Shown: positions 9,561 through 19,122 of the stretch, in pieces | How positions within the stretch are numbered: position 1 is the stretch's first letter | Layout of the letters: the number at the start of each line of letters is the position of its first letter | Assembly (NCBI GenBank): GCA_963725795.1 | Contig: CAVRZR010000003.1 | Coordinates: 112,362 to 176,361, forward strand | Reading direction: 5' to 3' | Source of the DNA: an uncultured Actinomycetes bacterium | GTDB lineage: Bacteria; Actinomycetota; Coriobacteriia; Anaerosomatales; CAVRZR01 | DNA: 64,000 nucleotides | Program-made: the position numbers and the translations under genes | The notes under the pieces: generated by a model | What the model was told of the DNA's origin: nothing | What the model saw: only the letters and a program-made list of their open reading frames with translations | Database searches by the model: none

Positions 9561-10916
9561 ATGTCGGCGCGCTCAATGAAGATCACCCGTACGATGCTCG
9601 CAGCTCTGGGCAGGGGCGCGTGGCACTCGAGGTTCGGAATGTGCTCGTCGGCGCGACGCCGCGCAGCCTTCGCGCACGAGTGGACGGAGGCCTTTCAGCA
9701 CCTCGGCGGCGCGTTCATCAAGCTCGGTCAGATGATTTCCGTGCGGCCGGACGAGTTCGGAGACGAGTTGGCGGGAGCGATGGAGTGCCTGCGGGATCGC
9801 GTACCGCCACTACCGTTTCAACGGATCCTGCCGGTGATAGAAGAGAGTCTGGGCCGCACGGTCGACTCGCTCTTCGCGTCCATCGACGAGATCCCGCTCG
9901 CGTCCGCCTCGGTCGCACAGGTCCACGCCGCCGTACTTGGGCGCGGATACGTGCCGGTGTGGGGAGAGGCGCTGGCCGCGAACGCTGAGGTTGTCGTCAA
10001 GGTGATCAGGCCTGGTGCGGCCGAGGCGCTCCGGGAGGATCTCGCCGAGGCCCGGCGGCTCTCGAGGCGTCGCCTCGTTCGCTGGCTGCTCAAGGGCGTG
10101 GACCTGAACGCGCTTCTCGACGAGTTCGTTGCCTCGGTGGAGCGCGAGCTGGACCTGCGCAACGAAGGGCGTGTGGCGGACCGCTTCGCGTTCGACTTTC
10201 GGCAGGACCCGAAGATCGCAGTCCCGAGAGTCGTCTGGCCACTGTCGTCCGCACGTGTGCTGACTATGGAACGGATGTACGGCTGGCGGCTTTCGGAGCT
10301 GACCGAAGCCGAGATCGCGGGCGTCGACGCGCACGGGCTCGCGGCGCACGGCGCCGTCGCCTTCATGCGCCAGGTGATGCTGTACGGGCGCTATCACGCC
10401 GATCTCCACCCGTCGAATCTCTTCGTCACACCCGACAATCGGATCGCTTACCTGGACTTCGGTATCGTCGGCCAACTCACGGCTGCCGAGCGCGGCCATA
10501 TCGCGCAGGTCCTTGCCGGCTTCGTCTATCGCGACGCCGACCGCGCACTGCGCTACTCGGCGTGCCTGGGTGTGACCGTCCCGCCTGCCAAGGTGTCGAA
10601 GGTGCGCCGCGAACTTGGCGAGCTCCTGGACGCGACGATGGCTGGGGGAGCAAGCGACTTCCGGCACTTCGGCTTCGGCTTCCTCGCCTTGCTGCGGCGA
10701 AACGGGATCGGTATCCCGCCAGGCTACGGGCTGCTCGTGAAGTCGCTCGCTACGGTCGAGGGGGTGGCCAGAAGACTCTATCCAGACATCGACATCATGG
10801 AAGTCGCCCGACCGTTCGTGACACGGATGATCGGAGAGAGCGTCGGCCGTCCCGAGTTGCTGCAAGAACGGCTTCCAAAGGTATGGCGAGCTGCCATGAG
10901 GGAGCTGCTGGCTTAG
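9561..10916 (+). CDS. ABC1/UbiB (AarF) family atypical kinase
   Basis: In-frame ATG 9561 inside ORF 9204..10916. Motifs GAFIKLGQMISVRPDEF, ASASVAQVH, VVVKVIRPG and HADLHPSNLFV. Confidence 0.8.
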   Translation: MSARSMKITRTMLAALGRGAWHSRFGMCSSARRRAAFAHEWTEAFQHLGGAFIKLGQMISVRPDEFGDELAGAMECLRDRVPPLPFQRILPVIEESLGRTVDSLFASIDEIPLASASVAQVHAAVLGRGYVPVWGEALAANAEVVVKVIRPGAAEALREDLAEARRLSRRRLVRWLLKGVDLNALLDEFVASVERELDLRNEGRVADRFAFDFRQDPKIAVPRVVWPLSSARVLTMERMYGWRLSELTEAEIAGVDAHGLAAHGAVAFMRQVMLYGRYHADLHPSNLFVTPDNRIAYLDFGIVGQLTAAERGHIAQVLAGFVYRDADRALRYSACLGVTVPPAKVSKVRRELGELLDATMAGGASDFRHFGFGFLALLRRNGIGIPPGYGLLVKSLATVEGVARRLYPDIDIMEVARPFVTRMIGESVGRPELLQERLPKVWRAAMRELLA

Positions 10917-10966
10917 GGGAGTCGGGTTTGCCGAGTACGGTCCATGAGGCAGAGGAGGCGAGTGCG

Positions 10967-11401
10967 ATGCGGAAGGATGGCGTTTCAGGGTACGTCGAGA
11001 GGCTCTTCGGCATGCTACTTGGCGGTTTGATCGCGTCGTTCGTAGCAGCCGTCGTGCTCACGTTGTTCGCGGGCGATGTCGCCGGTTTCGACCCGGCCGA
11101 GAACAGTCTTCCCGCGATCGTCGGTGTCGCCTGCGTGACGGTCTTCATGGTCCTCGGACTCATGCTCGACCGCGTAACGTGGGCAGCCTACGCGCTGCTG
11201 TTCGCCAGCGGCTTCACCGGACTGTGGACCGCCGGTGTGTCGTTCATCGTCCAGTCGAGACTGCTCGTGCTCGCGGCATGGCTGATCGCGATCTTCGTTG
11301 GCGCAGCGGTGGCTTGGTTCAGGTTCGAGCGCGCGCCGCAACACGCACGCTCGGCCCATCGCGACGTCTCGTCCGACTCGGCCACCACATCGGCGGCCTG
11401 A
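10967..11401 (+). CDS. Small integral membrane protein (4 TM)
   Basis: ATG 10967 within ORF 10562..11401, preceded by AGAGGAGG. Four hydrophobic helices. Confidence 0.55.
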   Translation: MRKDGVSGYVERLFGMLLGGLIASFVAAVVLTLFAGDVAGFDPAENSLPAIVGVACVTVFMVLGLMLDRVTWAAYALLFASGFTGLWTAGVSFIVQSRLLVLAAWLIAIFVGAAVAWFRFERAPQHARSAHRDVSSDSATTSAA

Positions 11402-11613
11402 ACCGATACGGGCCAGCCTCCGCTGTCTGCCATACTCCCCGCCGCGATCGAGACGGTCAGGCGCTATCGCGCGGCGTAGGTCGTGGGACCCCGAGAGGGT
11501 ACAAGCACAACATGTGATTCGTGCAGGCTGACCGGCTTGTACGGTCCGGCAGCCCGACATCTCGGGAGTCCCTGACCCGGCCAGGCCTGTTCATCGCAAG
11601 GAAGCGAGGAGGA

Positions 11614-12399
11614 GTGGTGGTCCTCGGTAGCAGCAGGATGCCCGCGCTGTTCCTCGGACACGGAAACCCGATGAACGCGCTTGCCGACAACGATTTCACT
11701 CGCGCTTTGGGCCGACTCGCCGATGACCTGCCCCGGCCCGATGCGATCCTCGTTGTCTCGGCCCACTGGCTCACGCGTGGCACGCGCGTTCTCTCCTCAG
11801 CGCGGCCCCGTACCATCCATGACTTCGGCGGGTTCGCTCCAGAGCTCTACGAGGTCCTGTATCCGGCGCCCGGGTCCCCTCGACACGCCGAGGACGTGCT
11901 CGCGCTCGCGCCAGACGTCGTCGCAGACGATTCGTGGGGGCTGGATCACGCGTCGTGGACGGTCCTTCGGCACATGTGGCCGGCGGCCGACGTCCCGGTT
12001 CTGGAGCTTTCGGTCGACTTGTCCTTGCCCGCGCGAGCGCACTGGGAGATAGGACGTCGCCTCGGCCCGTTGCGCGATGAGGGCGTGCTGGTCGTCGGTA
12101 GCGGCAACATCGTCCACAGCTTCGCGGGCATCAGTTGGGAGCCGGGCGCGAAGCCACATGCCTGGGCCGAGGAGTTCGATTCCTGGGTGGAGGACGCGAT
12201 CGTTCGTGGCGATCTTGACGCGCTCGTCGAGTACGAGGCCGCCGGGACTGCCGCCGACCTGTCGGTGCCGACGGCCGATCACTACCTCCCATTGCTGTAC
12301 GCGGCAGCCATGGCGACCGACGACGATCGCGTCTCGTTTCCATACACGGGAATCGAGATGGCCTCCATGTCGATGCGCTGCGTGCGCTTCGGCGACTGA
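11614..12399 (+). CDS. Class III extradiol dioxygenase, 4,5-DOPA dioxygenase (LigB/YgiD) family
   Basis: ORF 11521..12399. Motifs MPALFLGHGNPMNA, VVSAHW, HDFGGF and LPLLY. The start is GTG 11614 (after GAGGAGG) or ATG 11638. Confidence 0.8.
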   Translation: MVVLGSSRMPALFLGHGNPMNALADNDFTRALGRLADDLPRPDAILVVSAHWLTRGTRVLSSARPRTIHDFGGFAPELYEVLYPAPGSPRHAEDVLALAPDVVADDSWGLDHASWTVLRHMWPAADVPVLELSVDLSLPARAHWEIGRRLGPLRDEGVLVVGSGNIVHSFAGISWEPGAKPHAWAEEFDSWVEDAIVRGDLDALVEYEAAGTAADLSVPTADHYLPLLYAAAMATDDDRVSFPYTGIEMASMSMRCVRFGD

Positions 12400-12418
12400 G
12401 ATCGAGAGAGGGATCGCA

Positions 12419-13291
12419 ATGAGCGTCCGAGGAGTCCGGCTCATACGGCGTAGCAGGCCCACCATAGAGGGCGCCGGCGTACACCTGCGTCGCGCGTTCG
12501 GCTTCGGCGACGAGAGCCTGTTCGATCCGTTCCTCATGCTCGATGACTTTCGCGGGACGAGCCCCTCGCAATACGAAGCGGGGTTCCCTTGGCATCCCCA
12601 CCGCGGGATCGAGACCATCACGTACGTCCTGGAGGGAGAGGTCGATCACGGAGATTCTCTCGGCAACGAAGGGACGATCGGCGTCGGCGACGTGCAGTGG
12701 ATGACCGCCGGCAGCGGCATCATCCATCAGGAGATGCCGCACGGCGATGAGCGGGGTCACATGGGGGGATTCCAGCTGTGGGCGAACTTGCCGGCGAGCC
12801 AGAAGATGATAGAGCCGCGCTACTGCGGGATAGAGTCCGCCGAGATTCCGGTCGAGGCGACATCCGAAGCTCGGATCCGCGTCATCTGCGGGACGGTCGG
12901 GGATTCCACAGGACCCGCGAAGGATATCGTCATCGAACCCGCGTACCTGGACGTCGAACTCGGGCCGAAGGCGACATGGGTGCACCCGACCCGGCCTGGA
13001 GACACGGTGTTCGCGTACCTGTTCGAAGGTGGCGCTGTGTTCGGCGAGACAGGCGATCTCGTCGAGGCCGAAACAGGAACGGTGGTCCTCTTCGGCGAGG
13101 GCGATGAGGTCTCGGTCAAGGCGGGCGCGGCCGGAGCACGCTTACTCCTGATGAGCGGCAGGCCCCTGGGCGAGCCGGTCGCGTGGCGGGGGCCGATCGT
13201 CATGAATACGCGCGAGGAACTCCAACAGGCGTGGCGCGAACTCGATGAGGGCACGTTCGTGAAGAACCGGCCCGAATCGACCAGACGCTAG
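12419..13291 (+). CDS. Pirin family protein
   Basis: ATG 12419 in ORF 12077..13291. Motifs GFPWHPHRGIETITYVLEG, GDVQWMTAGSGIIHQEMP, FQLWANLP and GPIVMNT. Confidence 0.85.
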   Translation: MSVRGVRLIRRSRPTIEGAGVHLRRAFGFGDESLFDPFLMLDDFRGTSPSQYEAGFPWHPHRGIETITYVLEGEVDHGDSLGNEGTIGVGDVQWMTAGSGIIHQEMPHGDERGHMGGFQLWANLPASQKMIEPRYCGIESAEIPVEATSEARIRVICGTVGDSTGPAKDIVIEPAYLDVELGPKATWVHPTRPGDTVFAYLFEGGAVFGETGDLVEAETGTVVLFGEGDEVSVKAGAAGARLLLMSGRPLGEPVAWRGPIVMNTREELQQAWRELDEGTFVKNRPESTRR

Positions 13292-13453
13292 TCCGCGCAC
13301 GGGTGCCGGGTGCACCGGACGCCACCGCTGGCGGCACTTCTGGTGCCGGTGGCGACTCCGTGGCCACCGCTGGCGAGCTGACCCCGCGCGGTGGGTAACC
13401 GTCTGGTACGTTTGCCCGACGCCGGCGTCGAGTTGAGGAAGCGGGTATTCGAC

Positions 13454-13750
13454 ATGGGAATCTTCGGACCATCGCTCGCCGAGAAGATACGTCGCAGCGC
13501 GACTGCGACGCTGCCGCAAGCGACGTGGAAGGTCGAGATCGACTGGAGCACGGGACAGAAGCTGCATCGGCTACAAGGCTCGATGAGCGAGCAGCATACT
13601 GACGCGGACACGATGCAGTACGCGCGGAACGTCTGGAGTGCCGTCGTCAAGGATTTCCGCCTGGCCCCCGATGACGCTCGCGACGGTCTGCTCGACGTCT
13701 CGCTCAGCTCGGCCGGCGGAGCGGCGCAGTGTAGCGGAGTCGCAGGCTAG
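13454..13750 (+). CDS. Hypothetical protein (weak call)
   Basis: ORF 13391..13750. ATG 13454 follows GAGGAAG. No family recognised and coding potential is uncertain. Confidence 0.3.
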   Translation: MGIFGPSLAEKIRRSATATLPQATWKVEIDWSTGQKLHRLQGSMSEQHTDADTMQYARNVWSAVVKDFRLAPDDARDGLLDVSLSSAGGAAQCSGVAG

Positions 13751-13770
13751 CACCGAGCCTCCGAAGGCGT

Positions 13771-14652
13771 TCAGCGGAGCGCTGCGAGCAACCCGTTTCG
13801 GACGGAGTCGGTCATTCGACGACTGGCCAGTTCCCACGTGACGATCGGAATGCCGAACCGTTCCGGGACGTAGTGTCCCATCGACCCCGGGTATCGGCTG
13901 GGCGCACCGATATGTGCGAGCCGCATGTGGGAGGCGTTGGCTACGCGAGCGGCGATGGTACGTCCGCCCGGTCCTGCGTAGTCGACGATGCCGCCGGAGG
14001 AATGAAGGCTGATCACGCGCACGTACTTGCCTGCCGACAACACCCGGGATAGGGCTTTCGTCTCCGGCTCCGAGCCGGCATAGCGCCCTGAGGTCCGGCC
14101 TGGTGTCCCGATCTTCCGCCAGGTCCGCGATGGGAAGTTGCGGTTCAAGTCGACGCCACGGGCATTGCTGCGCGTGCCCATCGCAACGCCATCGGGATTC
14201 GCGCGCGCCAAGATATCAACCTGCAGGCCCTTGGGCACGGCGCTCCGATGGGCTTTCAAGTACGCGGCGAAGGCCTCGGCGACGGGGGCGCCGGCCTCGT
14301 CACCGTGAATCCCTCCCACGATCAGAATCCGGCGCGACGACTTCCCGAAACGAAGCAGCGTCATCCTGCGTCCCTGCACCGTCTTTCCCACGGCCTGTGT
14401 CGCAGGCCACGTGGCCTCCACGGACGGCGTCGCCGCCGAGGCGGCCAGACGCACGCCGTCTGCCTGCGGCGTCGGGATGAAGGATGCGGTCGCCGGTTGA
14501 TCGCTGCCGGGCCCGTAGCGGAATCCGCCGTCGGGAGCGGCGGCGATGCACAACGGAGCCGCGACCGCGGCGACCAACGCGAGCGCGAACACGGCGGCCT
14601 CGAGGCAGACGGCGGCGCGTGTTCGTCGGCTATGGAGAGCGCAGGTATTCAC
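13771..14652 (-). CDS. Secreted M14-family zinc carboxypeptidase (MpaA / gamma-D-Glu-mDAP peptidase-like)
   Basis: ORF 13771..14652(-). Signal peptide, Zn ligands in IVGGIHGDE, then VDLNRNFP and a downstream LHSSGG. Confidence 0.7.
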   Translation of the reverse strand: MNTCALHSRRTRAAVCLEAAVFALALVAAVAAPLCIAAAPDGGFRYGPGSDQPATASFIPTPQADGVRLAASAATPSVEATWPATQAVGKTVQGRRMTLLRFGKSSRRILIVGGIHGDEAGAPVAEAFAAYLKAHRSAVPKGLQVDILARANPDGVAMGTRSNARGVDLNRNFPSRTWRKIGTPGRTSGRYAGSEPETKALSRVLSAGKYVRVISLHSSGGIVDYAGPGGRTIAARVANASHMRLAHIGAPSRYPGSMGHYVPERFGIPIVTWELASRRMTDSVRNGLLAALR

Positions 14653-14738
14653 GTCCGAATCGTACTTGATGGCGTGCCACCGAGCGCCGCAACGCTGGAA
14701 TCCCTGCAGCGGATCGGCGCACGGCAGCCTCGTCGCGA

Positions 14739-15251
14739 ATGAGTATGAGAATCAATCGGACGGTCCCTGCCGCGCCCTATATGGCTCTGCAGATTGATTT
14801 ATTTAAGTATGGACTTGATTTTCTTCATCACACGGTCTACGATGCCCTCATGAACGGCGGCGCGGGAGATGGTGATATGAGAAACGAGTGGCACGTCCTT
14901 ACCGACTTGATCGGTGAGCGACCCTTCGTCGTCACCAGCGTGAGGATCGAGAAGACCGGAGTGGACGTCTCGGGTCAGTTCGAGCTCCCGCCGCTCGCGC
15001 AGCTTCGCTATGAAGACCAGGTGTTCGTCAGCGAGTTCGTGCGGAGCCATGGCTCGATCAAAGAGATGGAGAAGGCCTTCGGCATCAGCTATCCGACAGT
15101 GAAGAACAGACTCAACCGGATCGCCTCCCAATTGCAGTTCGTTGAAGTGGCCGTCGAGTCTCCGATGCCGGATTCCGTCCGCGACGTGCTTGACTCGCTC
15201 GAGCGCGGGGAGATAACAGCCGACGAGGCTGCCGAGAGGATGCGGGGCTGA
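14739..15251 (+). CDS. DUF2089-family protein (HTH) with SHOCT-like tail
   Basis: ORF 14739..15251. Motif IKEMEKAFGISYPTVKNRLNRI and C-terminal LERGEITADEAAERM. The true start may be an internal ATG. Confidence 0.65.
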   Translation: MSMRINRTVPAAPYMALQIDLFKYGLDFLHHTVYDALMNGGAGDGDMRNEWHVLTDLIGERPFVVTSVRIEKTGVDVSGQFELPPLAQLRYEDQVFVSEFVRSHGSIKEMEKAFGISYPTVKNRLNRIASQLQFVEVAVESPMPDSVRDVLDSLERGEITADEAAERMRG

Positions 15252-15532
15252 TGCTACCTCCGTGGTCGATGTGGGTACACGTGGCTTCACCGGACCGGCG
15301 CGACTTCCGCATGTGGCTCCCGCTGTTCCTGGTGTGGTTGATCCTCCTGCCGATCGTGCTCCTCGCGTTTGTGATCAGCGTCGTCGTTGACGTGGCCCTG
15401 TTCGTGACCGGCCATTCGTATCACCACTACACGCTGCTACTGCTTCGCTGCCTCGGCCTCATCGCCGACACGCGTGGAATGGCGATACGGGTGCACGGCG
15501 ATCGTTCAATCGTTGACGTGACCGTCCAGTAA
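15251..15532 (+). CDS. Small membrane protein coupled to the DUF2089 gene
   Basis: ORF 15251..15532. Its start overlaps the upstream stop. One long hydrophobic hairpin. Confidence 0.5.
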   Translation: MLPPWSMWVHVASPDRRDFRMWLPLFLVWLILLPIVLLAFVISVVVDVALFVTGHSYHHYTLLLLRCLGLIADTRGMAIRVHGDRSIVDVTVQ

Positions 15533-15549
15533 GAGAAGGGTGATCGACC

Positions 15550-15987
15550 ATGAGTGAAGATCGCGCGCGTATCCTGAACATGCTTGCCGCCGGTAAGATA
15601 TCCGCCGAGGAGGCCGAACGCCTGCTTGATTCCCTCGACACACGAGTCGAAGGCGCGCCGGTTGCGGACATCCCCATCAAGGGGGATCCAACGCCCCTGC
15701 TGAACGCGCTCCCCAAGTACCTCTACGTCAAGGTGGACAGTGTCGATGGTGACAAGGTGGACGTGAAAGTCCCCCTGGCCCTGGTGCGTTCGGGACTCAA
15801 GCTCACCTCGCTCATTCCGCCGCAGGCTATGGACCAGATCAATGAACAGATGACCGATAAGGGCATCTCGATCGACTTCTCCAACCTCAAGCCCGAGGAC
15901 ATCGACGAACTGATCCACGCACTGCGTGAGATGGAAGTGAACGTCGACGCGAAGAACGGCGACAGGGTCCGCGTCTACTGTGAGTGA
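15550..15987 (+). CDS. SHOCT-like domain protein
   Basis: ORF 15550..15987. N-terminal ILNMLAAGKISAEEAERLLDSL. Third gene of the same-strand module. Confidence 0.55.
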   Translation: MSEDRARILNMLAAGKISAEEAERLLDSLDTRVEGAPVADIPIKGDPTPLLNALPKYLYVKVDSVDGDKVDVKVPLALVRSGLKLTSLIPPQAMDQINEQMTDKGISIDFSNLKPEDIDELIHALREMEVNVDAKNGDRVRVYCE

Positions 15988-16028
15988 TCTCCTCCAGGTG
16001 AGGCGACAGTCCCTGCGGGTCGAGCCGA

Positions 16029-16274
16029 CTACTCGATCTCCACGTGCGCACCCGAGCAGTAGGGCGGGTTGGATGTGAGTCCGCAGTTGCAGACAGCCTG
16101 AGTGATCGGTTCCTCGATCTCGAAGGCAAGGGGGGTGACGCCGCTGCCAGCATGGGATCCGTCACAGTACGGGACCGTCTTGGTCCTGCCGCAGCGACAC
16201 CAGTAGTAGGTTCCTGCGCCGAGCTCGGTCACCAGTGGGTGGCTGCTGGCGTCATCGTTTTCGAATCGGGTCAT
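16029..16274 (-). CDS. CDGSH-type iron-sulfur domain protein (two CDGSH motifs)
   Basis: ORF 16029..16289(-). Motifs CRCGRTKTVPYCDGSHAG and CNCGLTSNPPYCSGAH. The second ATG (16274) has the better RBS (GAAGGA). Confidence 0.85.
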   Translation of the reverse strand: MTRFENDDASSHPLVTELGAGTYYWCRCGRTKTVPYCDGSHAGSGVTPLAFEIEEPITQAVCNCGLTSNPPYCSGAHVEIE

Positions 16275-16462
16275 CTTCGGTCCTTCCATCGGAGATTGAC
16301 GCAGACCGTTTCTCTATTCCCCTGCGCGGCGTTTCGCCGACTCTCGCGTACGATACGCTCGCGGACGCACCGAGACGCCCCGGTAAGGACGTCTCGGGCA
16401 GAACTGGTGTCCTCTTCGCAGGAAGGAAGCCGTCTCTCGCGAGGAGGGAACCACCGCTTGTC

Positions 16463-16642
16463 TTACGGCTTGGGGTTGACCACCTCTTTGACCTTGTCTG
16501 CGGCGTGATCGATGGTGCGCTTTGCCGCCGCGCTGCCTTCGTCGACCTTGCCTTCGCGCTGCAGACCCTCATCACCAGTAAGATCGCCGACGGCTTCCTT
16601 GACGCGGCCTTTGAACTCCTCGCCCTTGTGTTCGTCTGCCAT
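16463..16642 (-). CDS. CsbD-family general stress protein
   Basis: ORF 16463..16651(-). Sequence KGRVKEAVGDLTGDEGLQREGKVDE...DKVKE. Confidence 0.8.
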   Translation of the reverse strand: MADEHKGEEFKGRVKEAVGDLTGDEGLQREGKVDEGSAAAKRTIDHAADKVKEVVNPKP

Positions 16643-17360
16643 CTCAGTCAACCCTTTCGAAATCGGCTTCCGACGCGGGGCACAGCCACGCCGTCGGATC
16701 GTCTACACCATTTCGTTCCCGGCCCAGCCCACACATCTCGATGTGTCATCCGAAGTTGCTGGCGAGTTCACAAGGGTCGGATGGCAGGTCCTCACGTGTG
16801 TCGACGAGTAAGAAGGTGTGCGCGGGAAGGAGAAAGAGCGCGAATCCATCGGCGCGTGGAAGCCTGCGGCGCGAACCCTCGGCTCAGGTCACTCGCAGTG
16901 CAGCGACGAGCAGCGCCAGAGCTGCGAGCAGCAACAGGACCATGCTGACTTTGAAGGCCGGCGTGCTAGCGCGAAATCCCAGCCAGCGCCACTTCCAGAG
17001 GGCCTCCTGCTGTGAGGTGGTGAGTTGTCGCTTCGGCATGGACAAGGGTCGCTTCCGGTCGGCGCGTCTGCATGACAGTTCATCTATCGGTAACGTCCTC
17101 AGCGCTCGTTAACGCGGAGCGTCGCCCGTAAGCGTCAGGGGCGCGCGTCATCGGCGGCGAGATGCTCGACCCAGTCCATCGTACGCCGGCGGGTAAAGAC
17201 TTAGTTGGGAGCGCTCATCAGAAGCCACACCGTACGAGCCGCCGGGGGAGCGGATGCGCTCGAGGGAGGATACGGCCGTGAGACTCATGGTCGTGACGTT
17301 GGCGGGACGGAGTTGCGGAGGAAGCGCGTTCGAGCGCTTCTGGACGCGCGGAGAGGCGCA

Positions 17361-18050
17361 GTGATCGTGAAGCCGTTCGCCCTCTTCACCCTCGTTCTCG
17401 TGGTGGCCGGTTTCCCGGTGTACGTGCTACTGAACCGGGTGGACCCCGCCTCGCTGTCGAATGCCCAGTACCACGAGATGGCGACTCGGTCGTCAAGCGG
17501 ATGGTCGTTCCACGAGATACCCCGTGTGAAACGCATCTCCATCGAGCCGCCTCGAACCGATGTCTTGCGCACCATCGGCGACTACCTTCAGCGCGCGTCC
17601 CGGAGCGAGGGCGCGACAGAGGCATACTACGATCCCGACGCCAATACGATCTTCATCGTCGGAGAGCAGGCATGTCTGGAAGCTACGATGCCAAGATGGT
17701 TGAGGCCGACGTTCCTGCACACCCTGCGTCACGAGTACGGTCACGCCATGCTTGCCGACTGGTTGAACGCTCATGAGACGCCGGGCGATCCGTCGGGCAC
17801 TCTTCTGGCGGCGGTACAGGTCCGGCGGCCGCGGGCGGCGTCCCTTCCGGCGAGACTTCGACCGGTGTTGACCGAGTACCTTCGCGGCCCGGGCGAGACG
17901 TACGACGAGTTCTACATGACATCCTTCGACCAGTACATGGCCGAGAGCTACGCAGGGTTTCTCGACGGGCAATACGTACCCCCGCGCACCGCCCGGTTCC
18001 TGCGGGAGGTCGCCGCACGCGGTGCGGCAACACCGACTCGCGCCGACTGA
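17361..18050 (+). CDS. Membrane-anchored hypothetical protein with HExxH motif
   Basis: ORF 17205..18050. GTG 17361 follows GGAGAGG. One N-terminal TM helix, and LRHEYGHAML is a zinc-protease-type HExxH. Confidence 0.5.
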   Translation: MIVKPFALFTLVLVVAGFPVYVLLNRVDPASLSNAQYHEMATRSSSGWSFHEIPRVKRISIEPPRTDVLRTIGDYLQRASRSEGATEAYYDPDANTIFIVGEQACLEATMPRWLRPTFLHTLRHEYGHAMLADWLNAHETPGDPSGTLLAAVQVRRPRAASLPARLRPVLTEYLRGPGETYDEFYMTSFDQYMAESYAGFLDGQYVPPRTARFLREVAARGAATPTRAD

Positions 18051-18100
18051 GCCGATGTCCCTCTGGCTTTCGGGCGGACGGCGGGCGCATGTCGTGCGGT

Positions 18101-18526
18101 CTAGCTGGCGTGGCGGTCCGACGATCGCGCATCCGGACGCGAGTGGCCCCGAAGTGCCTGGTTCGCCTGGTGGGCGGAGTAGCTTCCCAGACCGAGGACC
18201 GCGAGACCGACGAGGATGCTGTTGACTGTCGGCTGGGCGGCCGTCGAGTAGCTGAGTACGAACGGCGAACCGACAAGCCAAAGACCAAGGAAAGCGATCA
18301 TCCAACTGACGCTCTCGAGGTCTCGAGAGTGCGACACGCGAGCGCCGGCGAGAATGAGAATGGCGGCGCCGACGAGTGCTTGGTTCCAGCGTGCGACGCC
18401 CACGCCTTCGAAGTCGAGGGCAACAGCCGCGAACAGGAGCCACGCTCCAGCGATGAGACTGCCTCGGTTCGCCGCACGCGCCCTGCGAAGTCCGCGAAGG
18501 CGATGCAGGTAGATCACCTGGCCCAT
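18101..18526 (-). CDS. Small 4-TM membrane protein (SPW-repeat-like)
   Basis: ORF 18101..18568(-), starting at MGQVIY. GLWLVGSPFVLSY resembles the SPW motif. Confidence 0.45.
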   Translation of the reverse strand: MGQVIYLHRLRGLRRARAANRGSLIAGAWLLFAAVALDFEGVGVARWNQALVGAAILILAGARVSHSRDLESVSWMIAFLGLWLVGSPFVLSYSTAAQPTVNSILVGLAVLGLGSYSAHQANQALRGHSRPDARSSDRHAS

Positions 18527-18834
18527 GTCCGCTGCCTCTCGCCATGCGGGTCGAAATCGGAATCGCATGTGTATGTATCTCCAGTCGGGGGCTCAGTGAG
18601 GCGGAACAGCACATGAAATCCGCCGAGCGACGCAATGGCCCGCCGCGGCGGGGTCGGCGGGCGGGCTGTTGCTGCGGCGCCTCCGGCGTCAGGACGCCAC
18701 CTCGTTATCTGTGCTATAGTGCTCCGCGGTGGGTCGTAGGGACCCATAAGTTTGCGACGTGACACCGCGCATACTTGCGGAAATGTCACGTCGTTTTGTT
18801 TTGCTCCGAAGAGGAGCGAAAGGATGTGTTTTGC

Positions 18835-19038
18835 ATGGCAGAAGGAAAAGTGAAGTGGTTCAACCCGGACAAGGGCTTCGGCTTCATCGAGCGCGAAGAT
18901 GGCGACGACTTGTTCGTCCACTTCTCTGAGATCCAGGTCGATGGGTTCAAGACCCTCGACGAGGGTCAGGCCGTCAGCTTCACCGAGGCGACCGGCAACA
19001 ACGGCAAGAAGCAGGCCACGCAGGTGCGCCCGCTCTAA
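18835..19038 (+). CDS. cspA: Cold-shock protein (CSD)
   Basis: ATG 18835 in ORF 18775..19038. RNP motifs KGFGFI and DLFVHF. Length is 67 aa. Confidence 0.95.
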   Translation: MAEGKVKWFNPDKGFGFIEREDGDDLFVHFSEIQVDGFKTLDEGQAVSFTEATGNNGKKQATQVRPL

Positions 19039-19061
19039 GCTCAGCCAAATCGAACGAACGA

Positions 19062-19096
19062 GAGCCGGGTCCCCTCCGTGGGGCCCGGCTCTTTCC
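19062..19096. terminator. Intrinsic terminator between convergent cspA and the nitroreductase gene
   Basis: GAGCCGGGTCCCC-TCCG-TGGGGCCCGGCTC forms a stem of about 12 bp with one bulge. It is followed by TTTCC. Confidence 0.7.
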
Positions 19097-19122
19097 TATC
19101 CCCGGGGAGAAGGCCGCGTTTC

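Noticed and set aside
16884-17039. Possible 51-codon minus-strand ORF for a small membrane protein (MPKRQLTTSQQEALWKWRW...LLLLAALALLVAALRVT)
   Set aside because: The hydrophobic tail is plausible, but there is no convincing RBS, no homology I recognise, and it is below the ORF-track cutoff. Support is too weak to list as a feature.
17493-18635. 380-aa ORF on the minus strand
   Set aside because: It overlaps the plus-strand HExxH protein and, in another frame, the membrane protein 18101-18526. The Arg/Pro-rich low-complexity translation is typical of a non-coding frame.
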